Source: Mesoaciditoga sp.
GTDB lineage: Bacteria > Thermotogota > Thermotogae > Mesoaciditogales > Mesoaciditogaceae
Reading direction: 5' to 3'
Assembly: GCA_015489955.1 (NCBI GenBank)
Contig: WFYR01000023.1
Location: 3,175-67,174 of the forward strand
DNA length: 64,000 nt
Shown here piece by piece: positions 1 through 10,474 of the stretch. The position numbers and the translations under genes are program-made. Below the pieces are notes generated by a model. That model did no database searches, was not told the origin of the DNA, and saw nothing but the letters and a program-made list of their open reading frames with translations. How positions within the stretch are numbered: position 1 is the stretch's first letter; each line of letters opens with the position of its first letter.

Positions 1-2
1 CT

Positions 3-416
3 TCACCTCCCAATTTGCACTGCCGCACTAGCCATGGCTTTAACATTGCTTACAACTGTTGCATTGGCTTCATAAGTCCTTTGCGCAGCTATGAGATCTA
101 CCATTTCTCTCAGCACATTAACGTTTGGCATTTTAACGTAACCGTTTTTGTCAGCGTCTGGATTCGTTGGATCGTAAACTTCTCGAAATGGCGATTTGTC
201 TTTTGCCACTTTTACCACTTCAACGCCGGCAGGTGTCATACCGTTCATAGTTTCTCTAAAACGCTCGGCAAAAATTGGTATTTCCCTCCTGTACGGCTGA
301 CCGTCAGCAGTTCTCGTTGTGTCGGCATTGGCTATGTTATTCGATATGATATCCACCCTTAATTGTTGAGCGGTCATTCCAGAAGATGATATGTCTATAG
401 CGTTAAAAAGTGACAA
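3..416 (-). CDS. flgC: Flagellar basal-body rod protein FlgC
   Basis: NNIANADTT N-terminal motif, YDPTNPDA..GYVKMPNVN..EMVDLI..QRTYEAN; follows flgB. Confidence 0.95.
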   Translation of the reverse strand: MSLFNAIDISSSGMTAQQLRVDIISNNIANADTTRTADGQPYRREIPIFAERFRETMNGMTPAGVEVVKVAKDKSPFREVYDPTNPDADKNGYVKMPNVNVLREMVDLIAAQRTYEANATVVSNVKAMASAAVQIGR

Positions 417-422
417 TGTTTA

Positions 423-743
423 TCACACTCCTCTTAACACGTCCGTATACCTTTTGAAACTCATAGAAGCGAGTTGCGTGAGAACTTCGTATCTTATGGT
501 GTTTTTCGAAAGTAATGCCATTTGCGCGTTTACATCAACGTTGTTTCCATCGTTGCTTATGGAGCTGCTGGTGTCGGTTACAACTTTCGCTTCAACGCGC
601 AACGGATTGTCACGCACTACAGGTACAACGTAGCTCGCTTTGAAGTTCGGTGTGCTCGCGTTGGCTATGTTGTTTGCTATCACTTTTACGGCTAAAGTTG
701 AAACGTTCATCGCACTTTCTAAAACATTCACGTTTTGAAACAT
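423..743 (-). CDS. flgB: Flagellar basal-body rod protein FlgB (short form)
   Basis: IANNIANASTPNFK and NDGNNVD motifs; ATG at 743 behind a GGAGG SD. Confidence 0.9.
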   Translation of the reverse strand: MFQNVNVLESAMNVSTLAVKVIANNIANASTPNFKASYVVPVVRDNPLRVEAKVVTDTSSSISNDGNNVDVNAQMALLSKNTIRYEVLTQLASMSFKRYTDVLRGV

Positions 744-773
744 CTCTTTCGCCTCCAAAGAATATTTCTACGC

Positions 774-1769
774 TCATCTACGATCTTCCCAAACTTTCTT
801 TCCATCGAATCTCAATCTCAAAAAATCAACTTTTGGGTAATCAAGATACCTATCGTTCGTCAAAACGTAAGACGGCATGTAAGAAGCCATTTCCAATATT
901 TTTTCATCGGCGGGAGAATGAAGATAAATATGTGGATGACGCTGTAATTCTTTTTCAAAAAGCACTCTTTGAGAAGCCTTTAACTGATAAGGAAAATTGG
1001 CATCAAATACAATGAAAAAAGGCCATGGCACCTTTTTCACATTTCCAATTGCTTTAAAAACGTAAAAGATGTTATCCAGATCGGCTTTAGTTCTATTTAC
1101 CATTGCGATGTTGCTACCATCAACTATCAAAGCCCTGTTAACTCTTCTTAAAAGAACGCCCTTCACGTAAGGATCCGATATCTCGCGCACGACTTTTTCT
1201 CTGTCCGAAGGAAGTAAAGATGAGTATATTTCCTGAAAATCTTCCACGTCTTTTTGGGTTAAAGAAAGAAAATCTTTGTTTTTGAAGATATTTGAAAGTT
1301 CTAAAACTATGGAATTATCGCTCATCTTTTTATCATTTTTTCCAAATAAAAGTAGGTAAAGATCCAAAAAATCGTCCACGTATTCCCTGTGAGAATGAAG
1401 GAGTTTTCTCCATTCTTTTAAAAATTCATCATAACCATTTGATTGAATGCCAAGTTTTCTGGAAAGAGAAAGCGTTTCTTCGTTCATAACGAAAAATGAT
1501 GTGGGCTTTAATACCATGCAAACGAAGGTTAAATTTGAAAGGGAAATTCCCTTTTCTTTTGAAATTTTTTCAACATCCGATGGAATTACATCAAAGAAAA
1601 GAGAGAGCTCTTTAAGATTTGGGTTTATCATCTTAAGAGCTCTTTCCATCTTCTTTTGATTCCATCCATCAACACCGTATCTTCTTATCACATTAGCAAC
1701 GTGAAGAGCATTTTCCCCTTCTTCAGAAAGCATCTTTTGCATTAAAATAGACGACAATTTATCCATCAT
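774..1769 (-). CDS. Protein with C-terminal NYN/PIN (Zc3h12a/Regnase-like) ribonuclease domain
   Basis: LIVDGSNIA, VFDAN, ADEKIL, VLTNDRY acidic-residue pattern; N-terminal ~200 aa unassigned. Confidence 0.7.
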   Translation of the reverse strand: MMDKLSSILMQKMLSEEGENALHVANVIRRYGVDGWNQKKMERALKMINPNLKELSLFFDVIPSDVEKISKEKGISLSNLTFVCMVLKPTSFFVMNEETLSLSRKLGIQSNGYDEFLKEWRKLLHSHREYVDDFLDLYLLLFGKNDKKMSDNSIVLELSNIFKNKDFLSLTQKDVEDFQEIYSSLLPSDREKVVREISDPYVKGVLLRRVNRALIVDGSNIAMVNRTKADLDNIFYVFKAIGNVKKVPWPFFIVFDANFPYQLKASQRVLFEKELQRHPHIYLHSPADEKILEMASYMPSYVLTNDRYLDYPKVDFLRLRFDGKKVWEDRR

Positions 1770-2644
1770 TCAAGAATTGCGTTCACAAACTCATTGGCGT
1801 CGAACTTTTTGAGATCTTCTATTCCTTCTCCAACTCCAACGAGTTTTACCGGAATGCCAAGCTCTTTCTTTATTGAAAAAACCATTCCACCTTTGGCCGT
1901 TCCATCCAATTTTGTAAGCACGATGCCTGTTATACCAACGCTTTCGTTGAATATGCGCGCCTGTTGAATGGCATTTTGCCCTATTGTGGCATCAAGCACC
2001 ATCAACACCTCAGTTGGTTGATCCTCACGCAGCTTCTTTATAACTTTATGAACTTTTTCCAGTTCTCGCATCAAATTATCCTTGGTGTGAAGCCTTCCAG
2101 CCGTATCGATTATGGTAACGTCTATATTGTTTGAAATAGCATGGTTAACGGCATCATAAGCTACAGCGCCGGCATCGGCTCCCATTTGATGCGCTATAAC
2201 CGGAACATTCGCCCTTTTTCCCCATTCCTTTAGCTGTTCTATTGCTGCAGCGCGAAACGTGTCCGCTGCGGCAAGAGAAACCCTTTTTCCTTCTTTTTTG
2301 AATTTCCATGCTAACTTACCGGCAGTGGTTGTCTTTCCAGAACCGTTAACGCCAACTAGCGTGTAAACAGTTGGAGGTTGTTGAGAAAATGAGAGTTCTT
2401 CGTTTTCTCCAAGAAGTTCAAAAAGCGTCGATTTTAATATCTCAATCGGTTCACCTTTTTTCTTTCGCAAATTTTCAACGATGTAATTTGAAGTTTCAGG
2501 TCCAACATCTGCCAAAAGTAAAAGTTCTTCTATTTCTTCCAGTTTTTCAGCGTCCAGACCACCCTTTAATATTGAAATGGCTTTTCCAAAGAAACCTTCT
2601 TTTGTCTTTTTTAAACCCTTTTTGAAAAAATTAAATATTCCCAT
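1766..2644 (-). CDS. ftsY: SRP receptor FtsY
   Basis: GVNGSGKTTT, DTFRAAA, DTAGR, TKLDGTAKGG. Confidence 0.97.
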   Translation of the reverse strand: MGIFNFFKKGLKKTKEGFFGKAISILKGGLDAEKLEEIEELLLLADVGPETSNYIVENLRKKKGEPIEILKSTLFELLGENEELSFSQQPPTVYTLVGVNGSGKTTTAGKLAWKFKKEGKRVSLAAADTFRAAAIEQLKEWGKRANVPVIAHQMGADAGAVAYDAVNHAISNNIDVTIIDTAGRLHTKDNLMRELEKVHKVIKKLREDQPTEVLMVLDATIGQNAIQQARIFNESVGITGIVLTKLDGTAKGGMVFSIKKELGIPVKLVGVGEGIEDLKKFDANEFVNAILE

Positions 2645-3299
2645 TGTTCTCCTCCGAAAATGTTCTCATTCCTTCATCAGTGCTCAAAACTATCATCGTG
2701 TCATCTTTTCTTAAAATGGTTTGAGCGGAAGGAAACTCTATTTTTTCGTCTACATCTTTTACCAGCATAACGGTCATTTCGTAGCGTTTGTTCAGCTTCA
2801 ACTCCTGTAAACTCTTCCCATCAAAAGATACGGGAGTTTTTACTTCGTATATTTTGTAATTTCCAGCAACCATTGCTTTTTCTACCACATTAGGCATGGT
2901 TAATTTTTTTGCAAGGCTCAAAGCCATCTCCTTTTCCGGGTAAACGACTAAATTGACGCCTATTTTCTCAAGCACGCGCCCGTGAAGCTCTGTGCTTGCT
3001 CGCGCTATTATGGTCGGAATTTTCATATCTTTAAGGATAAGACTTATTAGAATCGAAGCTTGCACATCTTTTCCTCCAACACTTACAATGGCAACGTCAA
3101 AATTTTTCACTCCCAAAGCTTCCAGGGCTTCCTGTGAAGTAGCGTCGGCTTTGACAACGTACGTTAAATCCGAAGAAAGCTCTTGAACGATTTCATCTGC
3201 TCCATCTATTGCAAGAACTTCGTTTCCCATATCTTGAAGGTACTTTGCCAGGTTCTTTCCAAATTCTCCTAATCCTATGACCACGTATTGTTTTGCCAT
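2631..3299 (-). CDS. ktrA: Ktr/Trk K+ uptake RCK subunit
   Basis: VIGLGEFG Rossmann motif, RCK-N plus RCK-C; adjacent to the membrane subunit. Confidence 0.9.
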   Translation of the reverse strand: MAKQYVVIGLGEFGKNLAKYLQDMGNEVLAIDGADEIVQELSSDLTYVVKADATSQEALEALGVKNFDVAIVSVGGKDVQASILISLILKDMKIPTIIARASTELHGRVLEKIGVNLVVYPEKEMALSLAKKLTMPNVVEKAMVAGNYKIYEVKTPVSFDGKSLQELKLNKRYEMTVMLVKDVDEKIEFPSAQTILRKDDTMIVLSTDEGMRTFSEENNGNI

Positions 3300-3310
3300 A
3301 AATTCCTCCC

Positions 3311-4645
3311 TTAACCAATTATCACATCTTCAGAAGGGTAATTGTAAAGTATATTCTTCTTCTTTATGAGTGCCGCTACGATCGTGACTATTCCCATTCT
3401 CCCAGCGTACATGAGAAATACGACCACAATTTTTCCCCAAAAACTCAAGACAGACGATATGCCAAGATCCAATCCAACAGTTCCAAATGCGCTAAAAACT
3501 TCGAAGACTTCGTCTTTGAATGGCAAAAAAGGATCCGTTATCCCCAACAAAAATATTCCCGTAAAAACGGCCAATAAACTTAAAGAAAGCACCGCCACGC
3601 TTTTTCTGAAAGAAGCACGAGATATGTTCTTTCCAAGAAAGGTCATTTCATCCTTTCCACGGAAAAAACCTACCGTTTTCAACAAAATAGCGGCAAAAGT
3701 GGTCGTCTTTATACCTCCAGCCGTTGACCCAGGAGAGCCTCCTATGAACATCAGCATGATTATAACAAGTTGTGCCGGAGTGGAAAGATGAGAAATTGGA
3801 TAAGTATCAAACCCGGCAGTTCTTGGGGTTACGGCTTGAAAAATGCTGATCCAGCTTATCTCTCCAAATCCCATTCTTTTCTTCAAATAGGCGTAATTCA
3901 ATGCCAACAAAAGCAAGAACCCACTGACTATCAAAAAAAATGTGGTAGATAAAACCAACTTTGTGTTAAGGCTCATACGGCTCCATTTGAATTTAACAAT
4001 TTCCATTTCCCATATGACTGCAAAACCTATTCCTCCCAATACAATGAGAGCCATTATGGTTATGTTGATAAGCGGATCGGAAGTAAAGCCTTCCAAATTG
4101 TTTGAAAAAAGTGAAAATCCAGCATTGCAAAAGGCTGATATGGAGTGAAAGATAGATTGCCACAAAGCGTACCACGGCCTGTTGGGAAAATCCTGGTAGA
4201 ACCTGAAAAACATGATCATTGCTCCGGTGGATTCTATCATAAAGGTGTATTTTATGACCAAAGTTATTAACCTTAATATGCCGCCGTATCTGTCCACGTT
4301 TAAAGTATTGGCCACCAATATTCTATTTCTTAACGTTATCCTTCTCCCTGAAAGCATGGCGAAAAACGTTGTCAATGTCATTATGCCAAGTCCACCAATT
4401 TGAATTAAAATCAATATCACCAATTGACCAAAAAGAGTAAAAGCGTGCGGAGTATCAACTACTATTAAACCCGTTACACAAGCGGCAGACGTCGAAGTAA
4501 ACAAAGCGTCTACCGGTTTTATCCCGTGTGTGGTAGAAAAGGGCAGCATCAACAGCAATGTGCCTGTGAATATGAGAGCTGCGAATGTCAACAACAACAA
4601 GTATTCCGGTGATATCTTGCTAAAAAACGCCCAGGCTTTTTTCAT
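3311..4645 (-). CDS. ktrB: Ktr/Trk K+ uptake membrane subunit
   Basis: Four P-loop motifs (CVTGL, FCNAGF, PRTAGF, FGTVGL) and GGSPGSTAGGIKTTT. Confidence 0.92.
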   Translation of the reverse strand: MKKAWAFFSKISPEYLLLLTFAALIFTGTLLLMLPFSTTHGIKPVDALFTSTSAACVTGLIVVDTPHAFTLFGQLVILILIQIGGLGIMTLTTFFAMLSGRRITLRNRILVANTLNVDRYGGILRLITLVIKYTFMIESTGAMIMFFRFYQDFPNRPWYALWQSIFHSISAFCNAGFSLFSNNLEGFTSDPLINITIMALIVLGGIGFAVIWEMEIVKFKWSRMSLNTKLVLSTTFFLIVSGFLLLLALNYAYLKKRMGFGEISWISIFQAVTPRTAGFDTYPISHLSTPAQLVIIMLMFIGGSPGSTAGGIKTTTFAAILLKTVGFFRGKDEMTFLGKNISRASFRKSVAVLSLSLLAVFTGIFLLGITDPFLPFKDEVFEVFSAFGTVGLDLGISSVLSFWGKIVVVFLMYAGRMGIVTIVAALIKKKNILYNYPSEDVIIG

Positions 4646-4656
4646 ATAAATTCATA

Positions 4657-6375
4657 TCACTTCTTTAACTTATAACCGTTTAGCATCTTTTCGGCTTCTT
4701 TTACCACTGTGTCTTTTTCAGCCTTTATTTCAAATTTGTCCTGAGAATTTCTTAACTTCATCTCAACTTTTCCATTTTTCAAGTTTCTTCCAACGGTAAT
4801 TCTCAAAGGAATTCCTATTAAATCTGCGTCTTTGAATTTAAAGCCTCCAGAAACTTCTCTATCGTCTAAAAGTACGTCTAAAGCGGAATTTTTTAAGGAT
4901 TCATAAAGTTCTTTTCCGAAGTTCATTTGCTCTTCGTCAGAAGAATTGACCACCGTTACAATCACTTCAAAGGGGGCTATTGAGCGCGGCCATATCATAC
5001 CGTTTTCATCGTGATACTGTTCGACCACCGCTGCCATAGTCCTACTGACTCCCCAACCGTAACATCCCATTACAAAAGGTTTTTGTTCCCCATTTTTATC
5101 CACATAAAAGGCCTCGAGTTTTTTGGAATACTTAGCACCAAGTTTAAAAATTTGTCCAACTTCTATGCCTTTTTTCATTTTTAAGGGTGCACCACACTTT
5201 GGGCATCTGTCACCAGCCGTCACTTTTTTCATGTCAATCCACTCAGAAACTTTGAAATCCCTGTCAAAATTGGCGTTTACGTAATGGAATCCTTCTTTCA
5301 TTCCACCTACAATGAAATTCTTCATACCCTTTACTGAAAAATCGGCAAAAATTTTAATCTCGGCGCCCACTGGGCCAAGATAGCCAACTGGCACCTTTAG
5401 GGCATTTTGTACTTCTTCGGGAGTAGCCTTTCGAATTGTTTGATCTTTAAAATGGGACTTTAGCTTTGCTTCATTTACTTCTAAATCTCCCCTGATCAAA
5501 GCCATAAATATGCCGTTTCGCCCAACGTAAACCATACTCTTAACTATTTTTTCTTCGCTTACTCCCAGAAATTTCGTCAAGTCTTCGACGCTCCTGACAT
5601 CAGGTGTGCTGATGAGCTTAAGCTCTTCTTCTTTTTCACTGGAAATCGGATAATCAGGCTTGTATTCAGCCTTTTCATCCGTTGCCGCGTATCCGCACTT
5701 ATCGCAGTAAAGTATGTTTGATTCTCCATTTTTGGCCAAAACTGTGAATTCGTGAGAGTTATTGCCGCCAATGGCCCCTGTATCGGCCTCAACGGCAAAA
5801 TATTCCAGATCCATTCTCTCGCATATCCTAGAATACGCCCTGTACATATCACGATACGTTAAGTCCAGGGATTCGTCATCTGAATGAAAGCTATAAGCGT
5901 CTTTCATTATGAATTCTCTGCCTCGCAACAACCCAAAGCGAGGTCTTATTTCGTCTCTATACTTCGTGTTGATCTGGTAAAGGGTTACGGGCAATTGTTT
6001 GTACGATTTTAACTCGCCTTTTACCAAAGTTGTGATCATCTCTTCATGAGTGGGACCCAGGGTGAATTCTCTTTTGTTTCTGTCCAAAAACTTGATCATT
6101 TCAGGGCCGTAATCTTCCCACCGACCAGTTGCCTTCCATATTTCCGCTGGTTGCATTATAGGCATTAACAGTTCTTGGGCTCCGATAGCGTTCATCTCTT
6201 CCCTGACTATTTGCGTTATCTTTTGCAAAACTCTCAAACCAAGAGGAAGATAAGTGTAAACACCCGCTACGGTCTTTCGTATGAAGCCGGCCCTTATTAA
6301 AAGTTCTTGGCTTTTTACATCGGCATCAGATGGTACTTCTTTGAGAGTTGGCGCGTAAAGTTGTGACCATCTCAA
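4657..6375 (-). CDS. proS: Proline--tRNA ligase (bacterial type with editing domain)
   Basis: [40 protein letters not shown]. Confidence 0.97.
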   Translation of the reverse strand: MRWSQLYAPTLKEVPSDADVKSQELLIRAGFIRKTVAGVYTYLPLGLRVLQKITQIVREEMNAIGAQELLMPIMQPAEIWKATGRWEDYGPEMIKFLDRNKREFTLGPTHEEMITTLVKGELKSYKQLPVTLYQINTKYRDEIRPRFGLLRGREFIMKDAYSFHSDDESLDLTYRDMYRAYSRICERMDLEYFAVEADTGAIGGNNSHEFTVLAKNGESNILYCDKCGYAATDEKAEYKPDYPISSEKEEELKLISTPDVRSVEDLTKFLGVSEEKIVKSMVYVGRNGIFMALIRGDLEVNEAKLKSHFKDQTIRKATPEEVQNALKVPVGYLGPVGAEIKIFADFSVKGMKNFIVGGMKEGFHYVNANFDRDFKVSEWIDMKKVTAGDRCPKCGAPLKMKKGIEVGQIFKLGAKYSKKLEAFYVDKNGEQKPFVMGCYGWGVSRTMAAVVEQYHDENGMIWPRSIAPFEVIVTVVNSSDEEQMNFGKELYESLKNSALDVLLDDREVSGGFKFKDADLIGIPLRITVGRNLKNGKVEMKLRNSQDKFEIKAEKDTVVKEAEKMLNGYKLKK

Positions 6376-6388
6376 AAGGATTACCCCC

Positions 6389-7396
6389 TTAATCTTTTTC
6401 TATTTTTTCGGCAATGGAATCCATAATTTTGAAAAATTCCGTATCCAGTGCTGAAAAGAGATTCCCATTATCCGACGCCTCTTCAATTTTTGGTTCAAAT
6501 GGCAATACCCCGAGGCATGGAACTTTCAGTTGTGTTTCTATTGCTACCGGGTCTGCATTTCCAAATGGATACGATTTCTTTCCACACTCATCGCAAACAA
6601 AATAGCCGCTATTTTCCACAAAACCTATTACCCTGGTACCAAGCTGATTGTAGTAAGCCGTCGCGCGGGCAGCGTCCATTATGGCCAACGAGTTTGGCGT
6701 GGTTACTATGATAGCGGCATCCAGATCCATATTTTGGTTTATACTTAAAGCAGCGTCACCTGTACCCGGAGGAAGATCTACTATGAAATAATCCATCTCG
6801 GGCCAAGCTGTAAATTGGAGCAGTTCTACAATTGCCTTTGAAACCATGGCGCCTTTCCAAATAACCGGTGTTTCTGGATCTACAACGTATCCCAAAGACA
6901 TGGAATATATTCCGTTCTTTTCATTTGGAATTATCATATTCTTTTCTTTATCCGCACGCGCTGGTTGTTGCAAACCCAGCATTCTTGGAACATCTGGGCC
7001 ATGAATGTCGGCATCAAAAAGGCCCACTTTGTTTCCTCTACGATTTAGTGCGATAGCCAACGAAACGGCAAACGTACTTTTTCCAACTCCACCTTTTGCA
7101 CTGAGAACGGCTATTCTTTTTTTCGCGTTTGACACGAAATGCTTTTGCTCAACGGTTGTGCCCTTTTCTTGAACGGTAGATATTTTGACCTCAAAACCGC
7201 CTTTTGCCAATTTTTGTCTTATTTCATCGTAAATAATCTTTTTCTTTTCGTCGGAAGCCGTTCCGAGATTCAAAAGTATTTCTATGGTTTTATCGTTCAC
7301 CTTTACTTCTTTTACCACTTTAAAGTCTGTTATGCTTTTGGAATAGCCAGGATACTTTATTGTTGAAAGCACTTCCATGATCTCATCTTTGTTCAA
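6389..7396 (-). CDS. mrp: Mrp/NBP35 Fe-S cluster carrier ATPase
   Basis: N-terminal DUF59-like domain, [23 protein letters not shown], CxxC. Confidence 0.9.
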   Translation of the reverse strand: MNKDEIMEVLSTIKYPGYSKSITDFKVVKEVKVNDKTIEILLNLGTASDEKKKIIYDEIRQKLAKGGFEVKISTVQEKGTTVEQKHFVSNAKKRIAVLSAKGGVGKSTFAVSLAIALNRRGNKVGLFDADIHGPDVPRMLGLQQPARADKEKNMIIPNEKNGIYSMSLGYVVDPETPVIWKGAMVSKAIVELLQFTAWPEMDYFIVDLPPGTGDAALSINQNMDLDAAIIVTTPNSLAIMDAARATAYYNQLGTRVIGFVENSGYFVCDECGKKSYPFGNADPVAIETQLKVPCLGVLPFEPKIEEASDNGNLFSALDTEFFKIMDSIAEKIEKD

Positions 7397-7397
7397 T

Positions 7398-8561
7398 TTA
7401 AATCGCCTCCACTTTGAAAATAAAAAATTTTAAATATTCGCTTTCTTTAATTCCCATGATAACGGGATGATCGTAACTTTGAAAACCAAAATGTACTACC
7501 TGCAATTTTTTGTGGGAATCTGACGTTGCGCTTTCAACCACTCTTAAAAACGTATTTCTATCGACGGCTGCTGAACAAGAAGATGTCGCCAGATATCCAC
7601 CATCTTTCAGGATTTTCATCGCTCTAAGATTTATTTCTTTGTACCCTCTTAACGCGGAAGACAGCTCATTTTTTCTCTTGGCAAAGGCTGGAGGGTCCAA
7701 AATTATAAGATCGAAAAACTCTCCCTTCCTTTCCAGCTTTCTTAACTCATCAAAGCCATTTCCGACAAGGAATTTATAACCACTTTTTACGTTGTTAACG
7801 TCAAAAATCCTTTCGTAAACATCCCTTGCCCTCGAAGAGCGATCGATGGAAAGTACATAGTCCGCTCCCCCCTTTATGGCATTTATAGAAAAATTGCCCG
7901 TGTAAGAAAAAACGTCCAATACTCTGCCTTTTGAAAAATTTCTGATTGCCTTCGCGTTGAAACGTTGATCTAAGAAAAAACCTGTTTTTTGCCCTAAAGT
8001 ATCACAAAAATAAGCTGTCCCATCGTAACGAAATGGAATCAGTTCTTCACCTTTTCCCCTTACCCAACCGATTGAATCGCTTAATCCCTCTCTTTTTCTT
8101 GCCCTTCCTTCGCTCTTTTCAAATATCCCATCCACATTTAAAAGTTCTTCAAAGGCGTCCAAAATTTCCTCTTTTTTTCTTTCCATACCCAACGTGTTGA
8201 ATTGAACCACAAGATGTTTTCCAAAGAGATCCGCCACCACTCCAGGCATGCCATCTGCTTCTGAATGAATAAGGCGAAATGCGCCATCAAATTCATTCCT
8301 GTTTTCAAGCGCTTTACTTATTTTTCCAACAAAGAAGTCTTTGTCTATCTTTTTAGGTAAATGGCTTAAAAGTCTCACCGTTATAATGGATTTATCGTTT
8401 ACATAACCTCTCCCAACGTAGTTATTTGAAAAATCGAAAACATCACATATTTCGCCATTATTATGCGAAGAAATTTCAAGTATTTCGTTCTTGTATACCC
8501 AGGGGTTGATCCAACCAACCTTTTTTACACCTTTTTTCAGCCTTACTTTAATTTCGATCAG
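7398..8561 (-). CDS. rlmI: RlmI-like SAM-dependent rRNA methyltransferase; start non-canonical (CTG 8561, ATC 8558 or ATT 8552)
   Basis: GQKTGFFLDQR, LDVFSYTGNF, ILDPPAF; frame extends 61 codons upstream of the ORF-track start with a PUA-like N-terminus (NPWVYKNEI...GEICDV...GRGY). Confidence 0.85.
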   Translation of the reverse strand: MIEIKVRLKKGVKKVGWINPWVYKNEILEISSHNNGEICDVFDFSNNYVGRGYVNDKSIITVRLLSHLPKKIDKDFFVGKISKALENRNEFDGAFRLIHSEADGMPGVVADLFGKHLVVQFNTLGMERKKEEILDAFEELLNVDGIFEKSEGRARKREGLSDSIGWVRGKGEELIPFRYDGTAYFCDTLGQKTGFFLDQRFNAKAIRNFSKGRVLDVFSYTGNFSINAIKGGADYVLSIDRSSRARDVYERIFDVNNVKSGYKFLVGNGFDELRKLERKGEFFDLIILDPPAFAKRKNELSSALRGYKEINLRAMKILKDGGYLATSSCSAAVDRNTFLRVVESATSDSHKKLQVVHFGFQSYDHPVIMGIKESEYLKFFIFKVEAI

Positions 8562-9658
8562 TCTCCTTTAAACTTCTTTAAAAAATCACTTTTGAATTCA
8601 GAAAATTCCCCGTTTTCAATGGCACTTCTTGCCTTTTGCATCAATTTGTGTAAAAAGTATATGTTATGGTACGTTGCAAAGATCATGGCAGTAGATTCTT
8701 TTTTCTTGAAAAGATGATGGATGTAAGCTTTAGAGTAATTTCTACACACCTCACAATCACACTCATCATCCAACGGCGAATCATCCAAGGCGTACGCAGC
8801 GGATTTAATGTTTAACCTACCATGAGATGTAAAAACAGCTCCATGCCTTGCCAATCTTGTTGGCAAGACACAATCCATCATGTCAACACCTCTTTCAATG
8901 GCCTCAAGCATCAAAACCGGATCGCCAACTCCCATTAAATACCGTGGCTTGTTTTCCGGCATCAAAGGCATTATAACATCTAACATTTCAATGGTTTTCT
9001 CAAAAGATTCCCCAACGCTCAATCCACCTATTCCGAAACCATCAAAAGGCATAGAAGTTATTTCTTTTGTGCTTATGATACGAGTTTCTTTGAAAAAACC
9101 TCCTTGCGTTATTCCGAAAAGCGCCTGATCTTGGCGTGTATGATATTCTAACGCTTCTCTTGCCCACTTGGTGGTCCGTCTTAAAGAAATTTCGGTGGCT
9201 TTCATATCGTTTCCGGGAGCCAAACACTCATCCAACACCATCGCTATGTCTGAACCTATCGTTTGTTGAATACGCATAACTTTTTGAGGTGTAAAACGGT
9301 GTGTGGAACCATCCAAAGGAGAACGAAAATTAACGCCATCGTCATCTATTTCAACGTGTTTTGAAAGACTGAAAAGCTGAAAGCCTCCGCTATCGGTAAG
9401 AATCGGAATGTTCCACGAAGCGAATTTGTGGAGTCCCCCGAATTTTTCTAACACGTCCGTTCCAGGTCGAAGGTAAAGGTGAAAAGCGTTGGCAAGAACA
9501 ATCTGGCTGCCCGCTCTTTTTACGCACTCGTGGGGACACATCTTTACAGCCCCATTTGTTCCAACGGGCATAAAAACTGGAGTTTCAACATCCCCATGTG
9601 TTAAGTGTAGAATCGTTCTCCTGGCTTCTTTGTCTTTTTTTAAGATTTCGAATTGCAT
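8558..9658 (-). CDS. tgt: tRNA-guanine transglycosylase
   Basis: TPVFMPVGT, TDSGGFQ, GGLSVGE, DCVLPTR, CxCxxC Zn site. Confidence 0.97.
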   Translation of the reverse strand: MQFEILKKDKEARRTILHLTHGDVETPVFMPVGTNGAVKMCPHECVKRAGSQIVLANAFHLYLRPGTDVLEKFGGLHKFASWNIPILTDSGGFQLFSLSKHVEIDDDGVNFRSPLDGSTHRFTPQKVMRIQQTIGSDIAMVLDECLAPGNDMKATEISLRRTTKWAREALEYHTRQDQALFGITQGGFFKETRIISTKEITSMPFDGFGIGGLSVGESFEKTIEMLDVIMPLMPENKPRYLMGVGDPVLMLEAIERGVDMMDCVLPTRLARHGAVFTSHGRLNIKSAAYALDDSPLDDECDCEVCRNYSKAYIHHLFKKKESTAMIFATYHNIYFLHKLMQKARSAIENGEFSEFKSDFLKKFKGD

Positions 9659-10470
9659 TCTTCGTTTTCTCCGTTTTCAACTTTGTTTTTCGTGAGCTTT
9701 AAGACTTCTTCAAATGGCAAAACGATTATTTTACCTTCGGGACTTCTCGCTTTAAGTGTCTTATGAAAGATGTTAAGTTCGCTCACAACGTACTCTTCGT
9801 CCTTATATTCTATTTTCTCTCCAACATCAGGCATATCTTTTAGTATTTCAAGATACGTATCATTTTCAAATGCCAAACAGCACAAGAGTCTTCCACACGC
9901 TCCAGAGATCTTGGAAGGATTTATCATCAACTGTTGAGCTTTCGCATATTTTAAAGTGATGCTCTTAAAATCTCTTTCAAAGAGAGAACAACACGTTTGC
10001 CTTCCGCACAATCCTATTCCGCCTATCATCTTAGCCGCGTCCCTTATTCCGACCTGACGAAGCTCTATCCTTGTTTTGAAGACAGTTGCCAATTCCTTGA
10101 CAAGGGCTCTAAAGTCGACTCTTCCGTCCGCAGAAAAGAAAAAAACGAGTTTTGAACGATCAAGAACGTATTTCGCACGAAGCATTTTCATCGGTAACGC
10201 GTGTTCTACAACCTTTTCTTTAGATATTTCCAAAGCGATTTTGGCATCTTTATCATTTTGAGTTTGTGTGTCCATATCCTCAAAGGTTGCTTTTCTCAAA
10301 ATTGCTTTTTCCACTTCTTCATCACTTTCTTCAAATACCTTAACTATTTCTCCTAGTTCCAAACCAAACTCGCTTTCCGCTATGACCATTTCACCACGTT
10401 TATACTCATCTTCAGAAGAAAATTTATGCACCTTTCCAACTCTATCAAAAGCAACTCCATACAATTTCAA
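9640..10470 (-). CDS. ricT: PSP1/RicT (YaaT) family Fe-S protein
   Basis: RVDFRALVKELA..RIELRQVG.RD, GLCGRQTCC, SGACGRLLCCL. Confidence 0.9.
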   Translation of the reverse strand: MKLYGVAFDRVGKVHKFSSEDEYKRGEMVIAESEFGLELGEIVKVFEESDEEVEKAILRKATFEDMDTQTQNDKDAKIALEISKEKVVEHALPMKMLRAKYVLDRSKLVFFFSADGRVDFRALVKELATVFKTRIELRQVGIRDAAKMIGGIGLCGRQTCCSLFERDFKSITLKYAKAQQLMINPSKISGACGRLLCCLAFENDTYLEILKDMPDVGEKIEYKDEEYVVSELNIFHKTLKARSPEGKIIVLPFEEVLKLTKNKVENGENEECNSKS

Positions 10471-10474
10471 AAGA

